A DNA stretch of 64,000 nucleotides, taken from assembly GCF_018350175.1 (NCBI RefSeq), contig NC_058368.1, forward strand, positions 233,060,001 to 233,124,000, written 5' to 3'. This document shows, one piece after another, positions 51,206-64,000 of the stretch. Below the pieces are notes generated by a model. It did no database searches. It saw nothing but the letters and a program-made list of their open reading frames with translations, and had not been told where the DNA came from. The stretch comes from Felis catus (taxonomy: Eukaryota). Position 1 is the first letter of the stretch; every line of letters starts with the position of its first letter. Position numbers and translations under genes: made by a program.

Positions 51206-51974
51206 TCTATATATGTCTATATGTCTATATCTATCTATACAGTCTGATATGGCAGGTAAGAGATTTTAGATTTCACATGAAGGAAGAGCCATAAAACAGG
51301 AATCACTTTTCATTGATCATTGAATTTGATATAATACAGACTAGAGCAGAAATAGTCTAATCTGAAGATATTTAGAAAAGAACCATCTGGATGTCAAAGA
51401 GCCCCCACCGTATTCTAAAATCTACCCCAGGGAAATGTGCACCACTCAGGCTGCTCATGACATCTGGGACTGTCCCCCTTCTCCCTCTGCCTCTCCCACC
51501 TTCTCTGCGTCATTGTGTCAGGTCACAGGACATCACTTCCATAACTAAAGGCAAACAACCACGTTCTTCCTTCAAGCTATGCACGGGCATTCACCGAGCA
51601 CCTCCTCACAAGACCGTAGTGCATGGAAAGGGCTGGACTGATCACTACAATTTTCTTCTCTTTTAATATTCTGCATTTAAAGAAAGATTTTTACATCCTG
51701 AGAATTAGTTCTGTTATGGCAAGAGACCATGGGGTTTGCTATGGTAAGATTCTAAACTCCAAAATATATCATATTCATCTTAGGTTTCAAATAGTTTCAA
51801 ATTCCCAGGAGCCAGAGTTTGGCTTTTGAAGGAATTCCTTACTTTAGCTGAAATATTTTACCGGGTATCGATGGCAGGAAGTCTGTAGAACTTAAGTGGT
51901 GTTTATTTAACTCTATAATAGAATGTCTGCTGTTGCCCTTTCCTCCTAGGGCCGCAACAGTACAGGAAATTGTA

Positions 51975-52170
51975 AAGTTAATAGCATTTCTTGAGTTTGG
52001 TATTTATCAGGTATGGTGCGAAATAGTTCACAGGAGTTACCCCATTTACTTATCAGACAGCCCTGAATTCCAATATATTTCCATCTCTTGACAGAGGAAT
52101 ACTCTGTGTTCGTTCATGTAAGACCACTTAACTCACTAACAGGCAGGACTGGGATTCGAGGCCACAGCTG
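51975..52170 (-). mobile_element. MIR fragment
   Basis: taatagcatttcttgag...ggactgggattcgagg antisense MIR motifs. Confidence 0.55.
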
Positions 52171-54660
52171 GGTGTCTCAGGAGCCCACCTACAAAAGAAT
52201 GTTCAGTTTGTCATGCGAGCCTCAATCTCCAAGTTCTGTGTTGATTCTGAGGCTGCCTCAGTGTTGGGTGATGTTCGCAGCCTTCAAGGAAGTCATTAAA
52301 GCCCCCTCCATAGTTTTGCACAGTATCTCACACATAGGGTGGAAAATGCCACTTCCTATGACTTAAATTTTAACTTTCTCTTTGTAGCTGCCCACCTGAA
52401 GGGAGGAAGCAAACCACTCATGGGATTGTGAACGTTCTCGCCTGCCACGTTCGCTGCATGAGGGCCAGTCTTTCCGTGACTCTACCCAAGGATACAGGTC
52501 ATGGCAATATGGCGGGTCCTACACAGCTGAAAGGAGTTTGACGGGAAGAGAGGCAACAAAGACCTCGATTCTCATTCCCCTCAAGGTCACAAATTTCTGA
52601 TGCCATCATCCAGACAGTGGCTGCCTCTTGCGTCCCCTGAGGGGCAATATGTAGATTGGGGGCGGCAGGACATGGCATATTAAGATGCCATGGGCAGGGT
52701 TTTGCCTCTGCCCATTAAATTGGATCAGAAGTCACGTTTCTTCTGTCCCCATCATAATAAGCTGTCTTGGACATATTTGAGTAAATCATTACTGGAAGGG
52801 GCTGTTGTAAAGGGGTTGGAAATTTCATGTTTTTCTGGTCTGTAGGCAAAAAAAAAAAAGTTTTGTTAGTGACTCAGTGGGGGGGGGGGGGGCTTTTCAT
52901 TTTCTGTGAATCCTCTAGATGGTTATTCTGTGAAATGATGGGAAATGAAATTACCGACCTTGGGAATTTAGTCTGTGTTGCTATTAAATCACATTCATGC
53001 TATTGCTTTAGGGAGGTTCCAAAAGTCCTTTTCCTGTGTTTCTGAGAGATCCCTTTCCCACAATCATACCATATTTTCCCTTAAAATTATTGCCTATGTT
53101 ACTAGTGCCTGGGAAATATGAAGTTTGAGTAAAAGCTTCCCTGTTTCCCACTGCTAAATTTTCTTTCTGTTTTAATAGCCTGGTTTGGTAAGCAACAAAA
53201 AGTTGATGGGCTCAGTTGAGAAAAAAGAATAAGTTTGTTAGTGTCTTCGATTCAGTTTGTTCGTGTCAGGGTTTAGGTGGGAGGGGAAGAAAATCCGCTA
53301 ACAGTGGCTTTAAGACATTTTCCTTCTTCCACAGTTACCTTTGCATGGCTTGTGGACCTTGCTCAGAAAACGGTCTAGAGACCAGATGCCATCCCAGAAA
53401 ACGCCTTGCCCGTGTTTGCGGGGAAGGAGGCTTCCTTCTGGGTAATTTGGAAATGCTGCACGCTACAGAGGCTCTGTACAGAGCATGAAAACCCGAGGGC
53501 TGTGAAGCGTGAGCTCCTCTCCCTCATTTATCACTGATTTTCGTCGCCATGGTTCTCTGACACTGAGCATCTGTTCAGGAGATCATTCGTCCCAGGGTGC
53601 CCCCCGAGAGCTTCCCCAAGCGGGACAACAGCGGACTTCCATCTGGATCCGCCCCGGTGAAGCCCTGGGTGGTTTTTTGTGTGTGTAGCGGCTGCTGCCT
53701 GAGTTACCATGTTCGGAGCCCCTTATCTGGTGTTTCGAATTAAGCCACCCACACCTTTCAACTGGAAGCTCCCTTAGCATCCAGACGCCCATTTGGGGAA
53801 GTGGAACCCATGGGGCCATTTTGATTGAAGGGGCAGTTTCAACGGACCCACACAAAGCAATCACGAGGTTCGTCACTTATAAATCCCCAGAATTGGGGGG
53901 GGGTCAGGAGGAGGGGATGCAAGGAGTAAGGGAAGGGTCGTCCTCTGTCCCAGGTCAGAACCAGCAGGAGACAGAGAGACAGATGGCAAGCCCCGCCCCC
54001 CCCCCGTTACTAGATGATGGGGCAGAGGTCGCTAACTTTTCTTGGGCTTAACTCTTAGTGGTCGCTTTGAAAGGTTCTAGCGGAAAGACAAAACAGAAGC
54101 CCAAGGAGGGCCTCCTCACATCCTGATCTAAGCGTCCAGACTCTGGGTGTGAACACGGTTATCATACCGCAAACCGCCCAGGTTATCAACTCGGAAAAGC
54201 AAAAGTTGATCTTCTCACAAGTTGTTTCCCACACCGTATGCAACTCGCCTGATCACTTACAGAGAAAACAAAAAGACAAAGTGGAAATGCCACAAAGCAC
54301 AGGTGCGTGCAGAGTCCCCCAAGCCTGGTCATTTCGCACCTTCCGTTGGAGAACATGAAGGGGGGATGAGTTGGCCATGGCCGTGGCTGATTCTGAAGCC
54401 CACGAGCTCCAGGCTTCTTGGCACAAGGTTTAACGACTGCAGGTTTCACACCCGTGTGAAAATTAATTCACGCATGATGAGCAACATGAAAAACATCCCA
54501 ATAGCCTGTCGTCTGCCATTCCTGGTCATTAAAAGTCGCGAAAAATAACGACACAAAGAAGTTCGAGGTCAGCTCGAGCTCCACTGTCTACTGTTAAAGA
54601 GGTGGACAGCTGTCACATGCCCACGGGGATCAGGAATCTTAGAAACACAAGGCAGGTGCA

Positions 54661-55220
54661 GCCACGAAGGGCAAGCAGGGCTCACGGTCCCCAGGCTGAG
54701 GGGCGGGAGCGGGAGGAGGGTCCCCGGGTGGCCCCGCCCACGCAGGGACCCAGGAGGCAGCTACACCCCCCCCCCAGGCACCTGCCGGATCCCCCGAGCC
54801 AAGGCCTTGGCGTCTCCCACCTGCAGAGAGTCGCAAGGATAGCGGCGGCGCTGACAACCTGCAGCGTCCCTCACAGGCACCAGCACGGGCCTCGGGGCGC
54901 TCTTTGCGCTGGGTCTGCGCGGTGACCAGCGGCGAGGACCTGACAACCAGGCCTGGACTCCTGCCTCCCGTGACCTAAGGTCAGCCCCGGCTGCTGGGAT
55001 CCACCCGAGGATCGTGGAAAGAGGCGGTGCAGGGTCGGAGCCGACCGGGCCACAGTCTCCGCACCGCCCCCGGGGTCCCTGTGTCAGGGGCCTGCCTTCC
55101 CGAGGGAGCCACCCTGGCTTTCTGCACCGCAGTTGTGACAGCTGCACCCTGACTGCGGACCCGTCGGCCAGCCTCCCGCAGTTCCTGTTCGCACAAGCCA
55201 GGCGACGGGTCTGCCCCGCA
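54661..55220. promoter_or_regulatory. CpG-island-like GC-rich element (possible promoter or enhancer)
   Basis: About 44 CpG in 560 bp by hand count, GC roughly two-thirds, GC boxes (gggcgg, ccccgccc); not explained by a recognisable repeat. Confidence 0.6.
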
Positions 55221-55798
55221 GGAAAGAAAAGAGAGTTAGCGTTACCTTAGTTCTACCAGGTTCCAGAAAGTGAAAGACACTGGGTATGATTGCGCCTCTA
55301 CCCCCCACTGCCGACCTGAGACCTGAACTTTATTATCTGCCTCTGACCATAAAGGAAAAGAGATTCTTGGACCAGCTTGTCCAAGGTCATTCAGCTCAGA
55401 GCCCACAGCCGGCGGGACCCCCATCAAGATGCATCTGATCCCAAAGTCCGAGCCCTTCTACTGTCTCATGTCGCCGTCTGGAAAACCCTGCTGAAGGTCT
55501 GGTCCCCACTCCCCCCACTGAGGCTTTTCCCCATTTCTCTAGAAGCAGACACTCTCCACCTGTAGACAACCTCACTCAATCCGTTCCCGTCCAGCGCACC
55601 AGATAGCCATGTTACCGAGAAAAAATAGAATAAAGCACCGTCAGGGAGGGGGTGACGACATTGTCTGTGAGGGACAGAACCTACGTTAAGGAACTTGGTT
55701 TGTTGGATCAAGGTTGAGGAAAATCAGGAAATCATATTTTGCAAGTTGGGCACCAGACTGCTCTGAACCCCTCATGTCTATAAGCATCTTTGCCTGGA

Positions 55799-56100
55799 TG
55801 TGATGGTTAATGTTATATGTCCACTTGGCCAGGCTGTGGTGCCCAGTTCTGTCAAAAACTAGTCTAGATGTTGCTGTGAAGGTATTTTATACATGTGATT
55901 AACACTGGACATGTGATTAATCAGTTGACTTTGAGTAAAGCAGATTACCCTCAAAATATGGGTGGGCCTCACCCAATCAGTTGAAGACCTTAACTGCAAA
56001 ACTGAGGTTTCCTGGAGAAGAAGGCAGCCTCCCCAAGACTGTAACGTAGAAATCCCGCCTGAGTCTCCAGCCTGCCTGGCCTCCTTCCCGGTCATGGAAC
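55799..56100 (+). mobile_element. MLT2-type LTR, partial
   Basis: tgtgatggttaatgttatatgtccacttggccaggct...gatgttgctgtgaaggtattt...gtaaagcagattaccctc...ccaatcagttgaagacc. Confidence 0.85.
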
Positions 56101-56109
56101 TCACCAGCT

Positions 56110-56480
56110 TGAACCTTCCTCGGACCTCTCACGTACCTGCTCCTCTCCCTCCCTATTATTTCCTTGTGTCTAGACCTTTCTCGTCAGCATTCCTCAGCAC
56201 CAATATGTCCTCCTAGGGGAAGCCTCGTCTGGCCAACTTTGATTAGAACCCCCAACACCCTTCTGTGTCACACTACACAGGGTGTGACCTGACAGCACAC
56301 GACTGAGCCCTATCAGATCGCTTGTCCCTCCCCTCTATCCATCCACTGCGTGAAAGCCCCTTAAGACCAGAGATTTGATGGGTTCTGTTCACTGATCTCT
56401 CCTCCACACTTAGAATAACCCCTGGCAGATACCAGGAGGCCAATTCCTACTCTGCACAAATACGTATATGGATGAGTGTT
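56110..56480 (+). mobile_element. L2 3' end fragment
   Basis: cctagggaagcctcgtctggcc; tctgttcactgatctct...ttagaataacccctggcagataccaggagg. Confidence 0.55.
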
Positions 56481-56574
56481 CTCTCTGGTTCTTAGCTGTA
56501 TCAGGTGAGAGACTAAATCTGGTCTCCGTGGTTCCATTAAAAGCGAGCCCCCCGATGTACCTTTTTGCTTCATT

Positions 56575-58200
56575 TAGTTAACCTTTGATTGAGTTCTTAA
56601 ATGCATGAATTGTAAAATTCCTAAGTAATAGGTATGGAAATGGTAAATTTTTCACAGCGGACACTTTTGTAACCTGGCACAAGATGAAGAAGTAGCGTGT
56701 TACCAGCACCCGGCAGTCAATGCCTCTGGCTCCAAAAGGTAGCCCACATCCTGACTTCTGACTCCACAGATTCATTGGCCTGCCTGGGGCTTTTTTTTTA
56801 TGTCCTTTTCATGTTTCCGAAACAGCATCCAATCGTCTCTACTAATTTTTACTTGACTTCTTCCACCCGACACTTGGTTTCTGAGATTTGCACCTGCTGC
56901 TGCCTGGATAGTTGCTGTTTGTTCAATGTCATTGCTATACGCTATTCAATTGCAGGAATGTTCCGCAATTTACATATCTGGTCACTGCGGATGGTGCCTC
57001 CATTTTTCTCCCACTTGGCCTTCAAGAATAGTGCCACTTAGGGGGGCCTGGGTAGCTCAGTCAGTGGGGTGTCCGACTTCAGCTCAGGTCATGATCTCAC
57101 GACTTGTGAGTTCAAGCCCCGCGTCGGGCTCTGTGCGGACGGCTCGGAGCCTGGAGCCTGCTTCGGATTCTGTGCCTCCTTCTCTCTCTCTCTGCCCTTC
57201 TCCCACTCACTCTGTCTCTCTCTCTAAAAAATAAATAAAAACATTAAAAAAAAATTTAAGAATAGTGCCACCTAGACTTTCTAGTACATCTTCTGGTGAA
57301 TGCACTTACTCATGTCTATTGGAATATAAAATCCCTGGGAGAGGGTTTGCTGTGTCATAAGGGAGTGCCATGCCTTTGGTCGGTTTTAGCAGATACTACC
57401 GGTTTTCCAAAAATTTTAGGTATTTTTACCAATTTCTCCTTCCATCAACATATACAAGAGTTTCCCTTGCTCTGCGCTTTATCGGCATTAGATGTTGTCC
57501 ACCTTTATCATTTTAAGCATCCTGGGAGGTGGGTATTGCTTTTGTTTCTCCTGATGAACACACTTTTGCATGCTTATTGCCCTTTGGACATTCTCTCTTG
57601 TGAAGTATCTGTTCAAGTAAGTCTTTTGCCTATTTTTATGGGATCTCCTCTTTGATTCATAAAATAATATTCCTGAGCCCCTTTCCAAACATATGGATTA
57701 AAAATACCTCCCCCTGGTTGGGTCTTACATATGCACCGTCAATGATATATTTTGATGAAGAGTTAAGTTCATAATTTTAACATAGTCAAATTTATCTTTG
57801 TCCTATATGGTTAGTATTTTTAACCACGTGTGTTCTAAGAAAATTTCTCCTACCACAAGGTCTTGATATTTTTCAATGTGTTCTTCCAAAAACTTTATTG
57901 TTTTAGTGCAATAAAGTTTTATATCTAAAATTGATTTCTGTATATAGTCTTAGCTATATGGTCAACATTTTTTATATTCACATGGACAGCCAATTATCTC
58001 AAATCTATATTTTTCAAAATACCTCCTTTTCCTTACTGCAAGGCAATGTCATAAATCACATGACCTTCCATGGGTGGGCAATTTCTGGGCCGTCTAGTCT
58101 GTTCTCTTGGTCTCTTTGCCTTAATTACTGTAGCTTTATAATAAATCATCGTATCTGACAAGTTAAGCCTTTTGTTTTCGCTGGTCTTATTCAGTATTGA
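56575..58200 (-). mobile_element. Old LINE-1 (L1ME/L1M) 3' region, interrupted by a SINE
   Basis: Antisense L1 motifs (ttaccaatttctccttccatcaacatatacaagag, ttctctcttgtgaagtatctgttcaag, tttgccttaattactgtagctttataataaatc). Confidence 0.65.
57041..57257 (+). mobile_element. Can-SINE with TSD aagaatagtgccac
   Basis: TSD at 57024-57037 and 57258-57271. Confidence 0.96.
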
Positions 58201-58650
58201 TTTTACTATTCCTGTGATGAATTATGTCCAACCAGGACATTTTGGCCGCTGTGTTGAAAACAGAATTGGGGGTAAAGGATACAAGAAGCAAGATTACCAG
58301 TGAGGAGGCTTTTGTATTCAGGCAGATGGAGATGCTGAAAAGTAGTTAGATTATGGAAATGCTTGGCATATCAGCAAAGAGATGACTTATAGACTGGCTG
58401 TGGACAAGTAAAGGTTACTCCACAGATTTGGGGCCGCGCGAAGCAAGGGCAGAGCCAGAATTTATTGAGATGTGGGAGACTCGGCGAAGGAAATGTTGGA
58501 GGAGGAAGTCAAGAACGTCCATTTTGAACTTCTTAAATTTGGGATCCAAGTGTAGAAGATGAGGAAGGTGAAGATAAAAGTGTTCCCCGGCTTTCAGTTC
58601 TGCCCATCCAGCGTAAATTTGAGTCTTCTCATCCCCACTTGCAATACTGC

Positions 58651-58860
58651 CAAATGTCCACAAACATCTTCTTTACAGAGCCACACGGCACATGCCGGAC
58701 TTTGCAAGCCACGCATGGTCTCGGGCACATAACCTTCACTTCTTACAACCCTTTTAAAATTACAACGCTTTTAAAATGTAAAAATCATTCTTAAGTTTCT
58801 GGCCCGACACCAGGCGGGGTTGGATTTTGTGGAGGGGGGGCGGTAGTTTGCCAACCCCTG
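58651..58860. mobile_element. hAT-Charlie non-autonomous element (MER58C-like)
   Basis: ttacaacccttttaaaa...atgtaaaaatcattctta; terminus gtagtttgccaacccctg. Confidence 0.7.
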
Positions 58861-59084
58861 GTCTGAGCGTTATTGACTCTCCCCGTGGTTCAGTGACCTT
58901 CTTCGTCCACCTTCTTAGGCTTCCATGTCTTCTTCACAGAGACACTAGAATTATAGTTTTTGGTTTTGGGGTTTTGTTTCTCATTTTGTTTTCTCGTCAA
59001 GGTCAGATGATGATACTTAACATGGCTCTACGTTGATCCGGCACCACAATGAAATTTTCCGGGACAGCTGGCCAGCCTGAACGT

Positions 59085-59305
59085 GATCCGGCTGCTGTCA
59101 AAGAAAGCTGATCCGGCCCACAGCCTGTGTTTCCAGATAAAGTTTTGCTGGGACACAGCCACACACATTTGTCTGTCTGCGTGCTGTCTCTGGCCGCTTT
59201 CACTCCACAACTGCAGAGTTGAGGAGGTGTGACAAAACCACGTGACCCACAGAGCCTGCCGTATTTACTGTCTAGACCTATACAGCAAAAAGTTGCTGAC
59301 CCCTG
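59085..59305. mobile_element. hAT-Charlie non-autonomous element (MER58A-like)
   Basis: atccggcccacagcctgtg; ataaagttttgctgggacacagccac; gcagagttgag; terminus aaaaagttgctgacccctg. Confidence 0.8.
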
Positions 59306-59680
59306 TTCTAAAGCATCAACACGATTCCAGGGCAAGGCTTTTGCGTCTATGACCTCTCCAGAGTGCTCTTGCTTCCACAATTGTTTCGTGGGCTTCCCGT
59401 TCAAAATTGAGTTGATTATTATCTTGAATTCGTGGCAGTCATCATCGGTTTATGAAAATCTGTCCTATATTATTATATTTCTCTGTGTTGCACAGCGTTG
59501 TATTTCCATCGTTCAATCCTCACATATGTGCTCATTTCATCCCTAACTCCAGCCTACTTGGATCAGGTCGAGAATATATTCTATATGAATGCAGGCATCT
59601 GAATTTTTGTGACTTAATCATGACCCAAGAGGTGGTCAGTTTCACACAACTCCCATACGTTCTGGAAAACGATATGTACA

Positions 59681-59865
59681 GGGCGCCTGGGTGGCTCGGT
59701 GGGCTGAGCGTCCGACTTTGACTCAGGTCATGATCTCGCAGTTCATGAGTTCGAGCCCCACGTTGGGCTCACTGTTATCAGCACAGAACCCGCTTCGGAT
59801 CCTCTGTACCCCTCTCTCTCTGCCCCTTCCCCTGCTCACGCTCTGTCAAAAAAATAAATAAAAAT
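59681..59865 (+). mobile_element. Can-SINE within an old antisense L1M relic
   Basis: Flanks aaaacgatatgtaca / aaaacaatgtgtaca. Confidence 0.93.
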
Positions 59866-61010
59866 TTTTTTAAAGTTTTAAGAAATGAAAAACAATGTGT
59901 ACATGTTGAGTATAGCATTCTACAGATTTCCATTAAGACCATTTTGTGAATCCCGGTAGCCAAATCTTTTGTATTTTGATGTTTTATCAATCAATGTATT
60001 CTGTTGCTTTCTGAAAATGTATGTTAATATATTTCCCTTTGATTATGGGATTATTGGTTTCTCTGTGTAGTTTGTCATATTTTGCCTTATTCAGAGTACT
60101 ATCAGGTACATAAAATTAATAATAGTTATACATTTCTGATAAACTGAATCTTTCATCATTTGAAGTTTCCTTTGTCTCTTGCTTAAATATATGTCTTGCG
60201 ATAGTAATATAGATAATAGAGGATTTGGGGGGTTAGTGTTTGTATTCTATATGTTTTGTTTTTCTTTCTGCTTTCCTGTTGCTTTGTATTATAAATATGT
60301 CCCTGATAAAGACCAAATAGTTGTCTTTTTATCCATACCGATAAACTTTTTCTTTCAACGCGAACATTTAGCTTACTTATATTTAAGGCACTACTGATGC
60401 ATGTACGTTTTAGTGTCATATGTTTTTCTTCCTCCTTGACCTTCCTCTTCACTGTTCTTTTTAACACATTTGTTTCCATTTTTCACTTACTATCCCTTTT
60501 AACGTCAGAGGAATCCTCTATCTGTTGAGGATTCTGTTTCTATACTTCTAATAACTTTTCATGATAACATAAATGATGAGATTATACCCACATTATTCAT
60601 AACATAGAGCTTTTTTAACCATCCTTTTAGTCAACGCATGACCTTAGGGTTTCAACCCCATTTATTCTTCTCTGACATCAAAACTGCTGCGGTCCTGTAA
60701 AATTCAAGACACCATGCGCCCTCTGGGGTCCATCCTGGACCCCAGCTGCCATGTTGTGAAAGCAGAAGGGGGGGGAAGGCGATGCTGAGGTGGGATCCTC
60801 TAGCTCCAGATGGGCTGGAACAGCCAACGCAATGTTCAAGAACAAGAACAACGTGGGGGAATCACGAGAAGAACGGGCGAGACTCCCTGCAGGGCTTTAA
60901 TAATCAAGACACAAAAATGGATAAACATCGGCAAAAGAACACTGGTGAAAGAATAGACAAATAGGTTGATGACACAGAATAGAGAGCCTAGAAATAGACC
61001 CACACAAACA

Positions 61011-61468
61011 CAGTGGTCCCTTCTCATCCACGATTCCGCTTTCCGCAGCGTTGAGTTACTCAGCTCAACCACAGTCCCGGAGTAGACCATTCTCCTTCTA
61101 GCGGGCAGTCAATAAGCCTAATGATACATCTCAGCGCCTACGTCACTCGCCTCACTTCATCTCATCATGTAGACATTTTATCATCTCACATCACCACAAG
61201 AGGAAGGGTAAGGACAGTACAGTAAGATATTTTGAGAGAGAAAAAGAGAAAGAGACCACATCCACATAAATTTTACCACAGTCATATTGTCATAATTGTC
61301 TTATTTCATTGTCAGTTATAGTTGTTAATCTCTTACTTTGCCTAGTTTATACCTTACACTTTATCATGGGTATGTATGTACAGGAAAAAAACATAGAATA
61401 TATAGGTTCAATATAATCTGCAATTTCAGGACCTTCGAACAGATGCCCTGTGGATCAGGGATGACTCT
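61011..61468. mobile_element. MER44-like Tigger (TcMar) non-autonomous DNA transposon
   Basis: Degenerate terminal inverted repeats cagtggtcccttctcatccacg ... tgtggatcagggatgact; internal cctcacttcatctcatcatgtagacattttatcatctcacatc and agatattttgagagag. Confidence 0.8.
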
Positions 61469-61512
61469 AGGGTGAGTAGACAATTTATCTTTGAAAAAAC
61501 ATCCAAGGTAGT

Positions 61513-61708
61513 GGGGCCTCGGGGTAGCTCAGTCGGTTGAGCATCCAACCCTTGATTTCAGTTCAGGTCATGATCTCACGGCGTGTGGGTTTGAGCCTCG
61601 CATCGGGCTCTGTGCTACCAGCACGGAGCCTGCCTGGGACTCTCTCTCTTCCTCTCTCTGTCCCTCCGCTACCTTCAAAATAAATATAAAACATTAAAAA
61701 AAAAAAAA
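61513..61708 (+). mobile_element. Can-SINE with TSD tccaaggtagt
   Basis: Duplicated flank on both sides. Confidence 0.94.
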
Positions 61709-63189
61709 GTCCAAGGTAGTTAAAGACAGAAAAAGGATCGTCTTTCCAACAAGTGCTACTGGAACAATGAGACGCCTACATGCCGAAACATGAATGTAGC
61801 CAAGACCTTATACCTGTCACAACAATTAACTGAAAATGGCTCATAGGCCCAAATATAAAAAGCAAAAGTATAAAACTCTTGGAAGATAACACAGGAGAAA
61901 CTCTAGGCGGCCCGGGGTGTGTTGATGGGTTTTAAATATAGCATCAAAAGCAGGATCCATGAAAGAAATAATTGATGAGTGGGACTTCATTCAAATTTAA
62001 AAGTTTTGCTTTGTGAAAGACGCCGTCAGGATATTGACAAGACAAGCACCAGACGGGGAGAAAATATTTGCAAAGGATGTACCTGATCAAGGGCTATCAG
62101 CCACAATATACAAAGAATTCTTAAACCTCAACAGTAAGAAAACAAACAACATGATTTTTAAAAATGGGCAAAGATCTGAACAGACGCATCGCCAAAGAAG
62201 ATACACGGTTGACAAACAAGCATATGAAAAGACGCTCAACATCACATGTCATTAGGAAGTTACCAACTAAAACAAAAGTTAAATACCTCTACACACCTGT
62301 TAGAATGGCCAAAACCCAGAACACTGACACCAGCAAAGGCTGCTGAGGATGTGGGGCCACAGGAACCCTCATTCACTGCTGGCGGGAACGTGTCACGGTA
62401 CAATGACTCTAGAAGACAGTTTTGCAGTTTCCTACAAAACTAAACATGCACTCACCATAGGATCCAGCAACTCCTTGGTATTTACCCAAACTGAAAACTT
62501 CCGTCCACAAAGAAACCTGCACGTGGATGTTTATAGCAGCTTCATTCATCCTCGTCAAAACTCGGAGGCAACTAAGGTGTCCTTCAATAGGTGAGTGGAT
62601 AAAGTGTGGTGTATCTATACAATGGGATATAATGTGTGGTAAAGAGAAATGAATTAACAAGTCCTCAAAATAAATGGAGGAACCGTAAGTTCACCTTACT
62701 AAGTGAAATTAGTCAATCTGAAAGTGCTATACCCTCTATGATTCTGACTCATGAGACATTCTGGAAAAATCAAAACTATGGAGACAGTGGAAAGATCAGC
62801 GGTCTCCGGGGGCTTGGAAGAAAGAGAGGAGAGATGAACAGTAGAGCACAGGGGATTTTTAGGGCACTGGAAATATTCTGTACAATGCTGTAATGGTAGA
62901 TATGTGACATTTGTCAAAACCCATAGAATCATACAACGCAAAAAGTGAAACGTAACATAGACGATGAACTTCAGTCAATAGCAAAGTATCAACACTCATC
63001 GCGTATAATAAATATACCACATTAATGCCAGATATTAAAAATAGAGGAAAATAGGAGAGGGGGAAGCAGGACCTGAGGAGGAAATATATGTGAGTTTTCC
63101 GTACTTTTTGCTAAATCTAAACTTTCTATAAACCTAAAACTGCTCTAAGAAATAAAGTTTAATAGCTCTAAAAAAATGTGTCCAGCTAT

Positions 63190-63352
63190 GCTGTCGTGAC
63201 ACATGAAAATTTTAGGAATTTCAAACCTCAGAAATATAGTTTTATTGAGAAACAATTAAGTGCCTGCATAACATTCTCAATATTGCCTCTGGGCTCACAA
63301 AATCTGAAATATTTGCTGCCTAGCCCTTTACAGAAATAGTTTGCTGGCCCCA
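63190..63352. mobile_element. MER58-family hAT fragment
   Basis: aaatatttgctgcctagccctttacagaaatagtttgctggcccc terminus. Confidence 0.6.
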
Positions 63353-63406
63353 TTTTAGAGGGTCCACTACATTATACAGACAGAAAGCTGTTGAAGAACA
63401 CAGGGA

Positions 63407-63629
63407 GAGGTGCCTGGGTGGCTGAGTCAGTTAAGCATCCAACTTCGGCTCAGGTCATGATCTCACAGTTTGTGAGTTTGGGCCCCACGTCGGGCTCTGG
63501 GCTGGCAGTGTGGAGCCTGCTTGGGATTCTCTCTCCCATTCTCTCTCTCTCCCTCACTCTCTCCCCCTCCCCTACTCTCTGTCTCTCAAAATAAATAAAT
63601 AAACTTAAACACACACACACACACACACA
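63407..63629 (+). mobile_element. Can-SINE with (CA)n arising at its tail
   Basis: Sense copy; tail runs into acacacac. Confidence 0.93.
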
Positions 63630-64000
63630 GACATCTCCTTCGCTCAAGGTCTCATATTTATTGCTTGTTCAGCAAAGCCAAAACTCGAAGCACCTGCTTT
63701 TATAACTAACCCCGTCCTCGAAAGAAGGAGACCTTTGTCTGAATTCCATGGAGTTTGGAGGTCTATGCTGCTGCACAGGCTAAGAAGGGCTCAGCATTGG
63801 AGCACGGTGTGGATTTGAACAGTAGCAGCACTTAGGCAAACAAAATAAAAATAAATAAGAAGACACATCAACACACGTGCTAACTCCTTCCTCTCCCAGA
63901 GCAGAAACACAAGATATGCAACCGACTATAATGCCACGTGATGTGGATTACATACTTCCCTTCTTTTCTTTGGATCCAAATGTGGGGTTCTGCAAGCACC

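Larger units (their letters stand above)
60890..63175 (+). mobile_element. LINE-1 3' portion (L1MC-type), interrupted by MER44 and a SINE
   Basis: gaatagagagcctagaaatagacccacac; ORF remnants GEKIFAKD, MGKDLNR, NKHMKRRSTSHVIR; 3' UTR ggatttttagggcactggaaa and tttgtcaaaacccatagaa. Confidence 0.88.

Noticed and set aside
54602..55250. Several overlapping Pro/Arg/Gly-rich ORFs
   Set aside because: Expected from stop-codon scarcity in GC-rich DNA; no homology recognised
1..64000. CRISPR-like arrays, operons, defence systems or intact endogenous viral genes
   Set aside because: No regularly spaced repeat-spacer array and no gag/pol/env or other viral ORF recognised; the DNA is ordinary repeat-rich mammalian sequence

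Overview
Mammalian nuclear DNA from a felid (cat family), identified from about 30 tRNA-Lys-derived Can-SINEs with Felidae-type (SINEC_Fc-like) diagnostic sequences. The window reads as intronic or intergenic. It is dominated by interspersed repeats: Can-SINEs, old and carnivore-age LINE-1 fragments, L2, MIR, MLT1/MLT2 LTRs, MER44 and MER58 DNA-transposon relics, and microsatellites. The only ORFs with recognisable homology are decayed LINE-1 ORF2 pieces; I found no host protein-coding gene, RNA gene or CRISPR-like array that I can support. The most notable items are a CpG-island-like element at about 54.7-55.2 kb, a 5'-inverted L1 with junction microhomology, readable nested-insertion histories, two very young SINEs with perfect target-site duplications (TSDs), an unexplained 79-bp dispersed direct repeat, and a few unverified exon candidates. 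I did not find convincing evidence of a novel biological system. Repeat family names come from recalled consensus sequences rather than a database search, and repeat boundaries are approximate.
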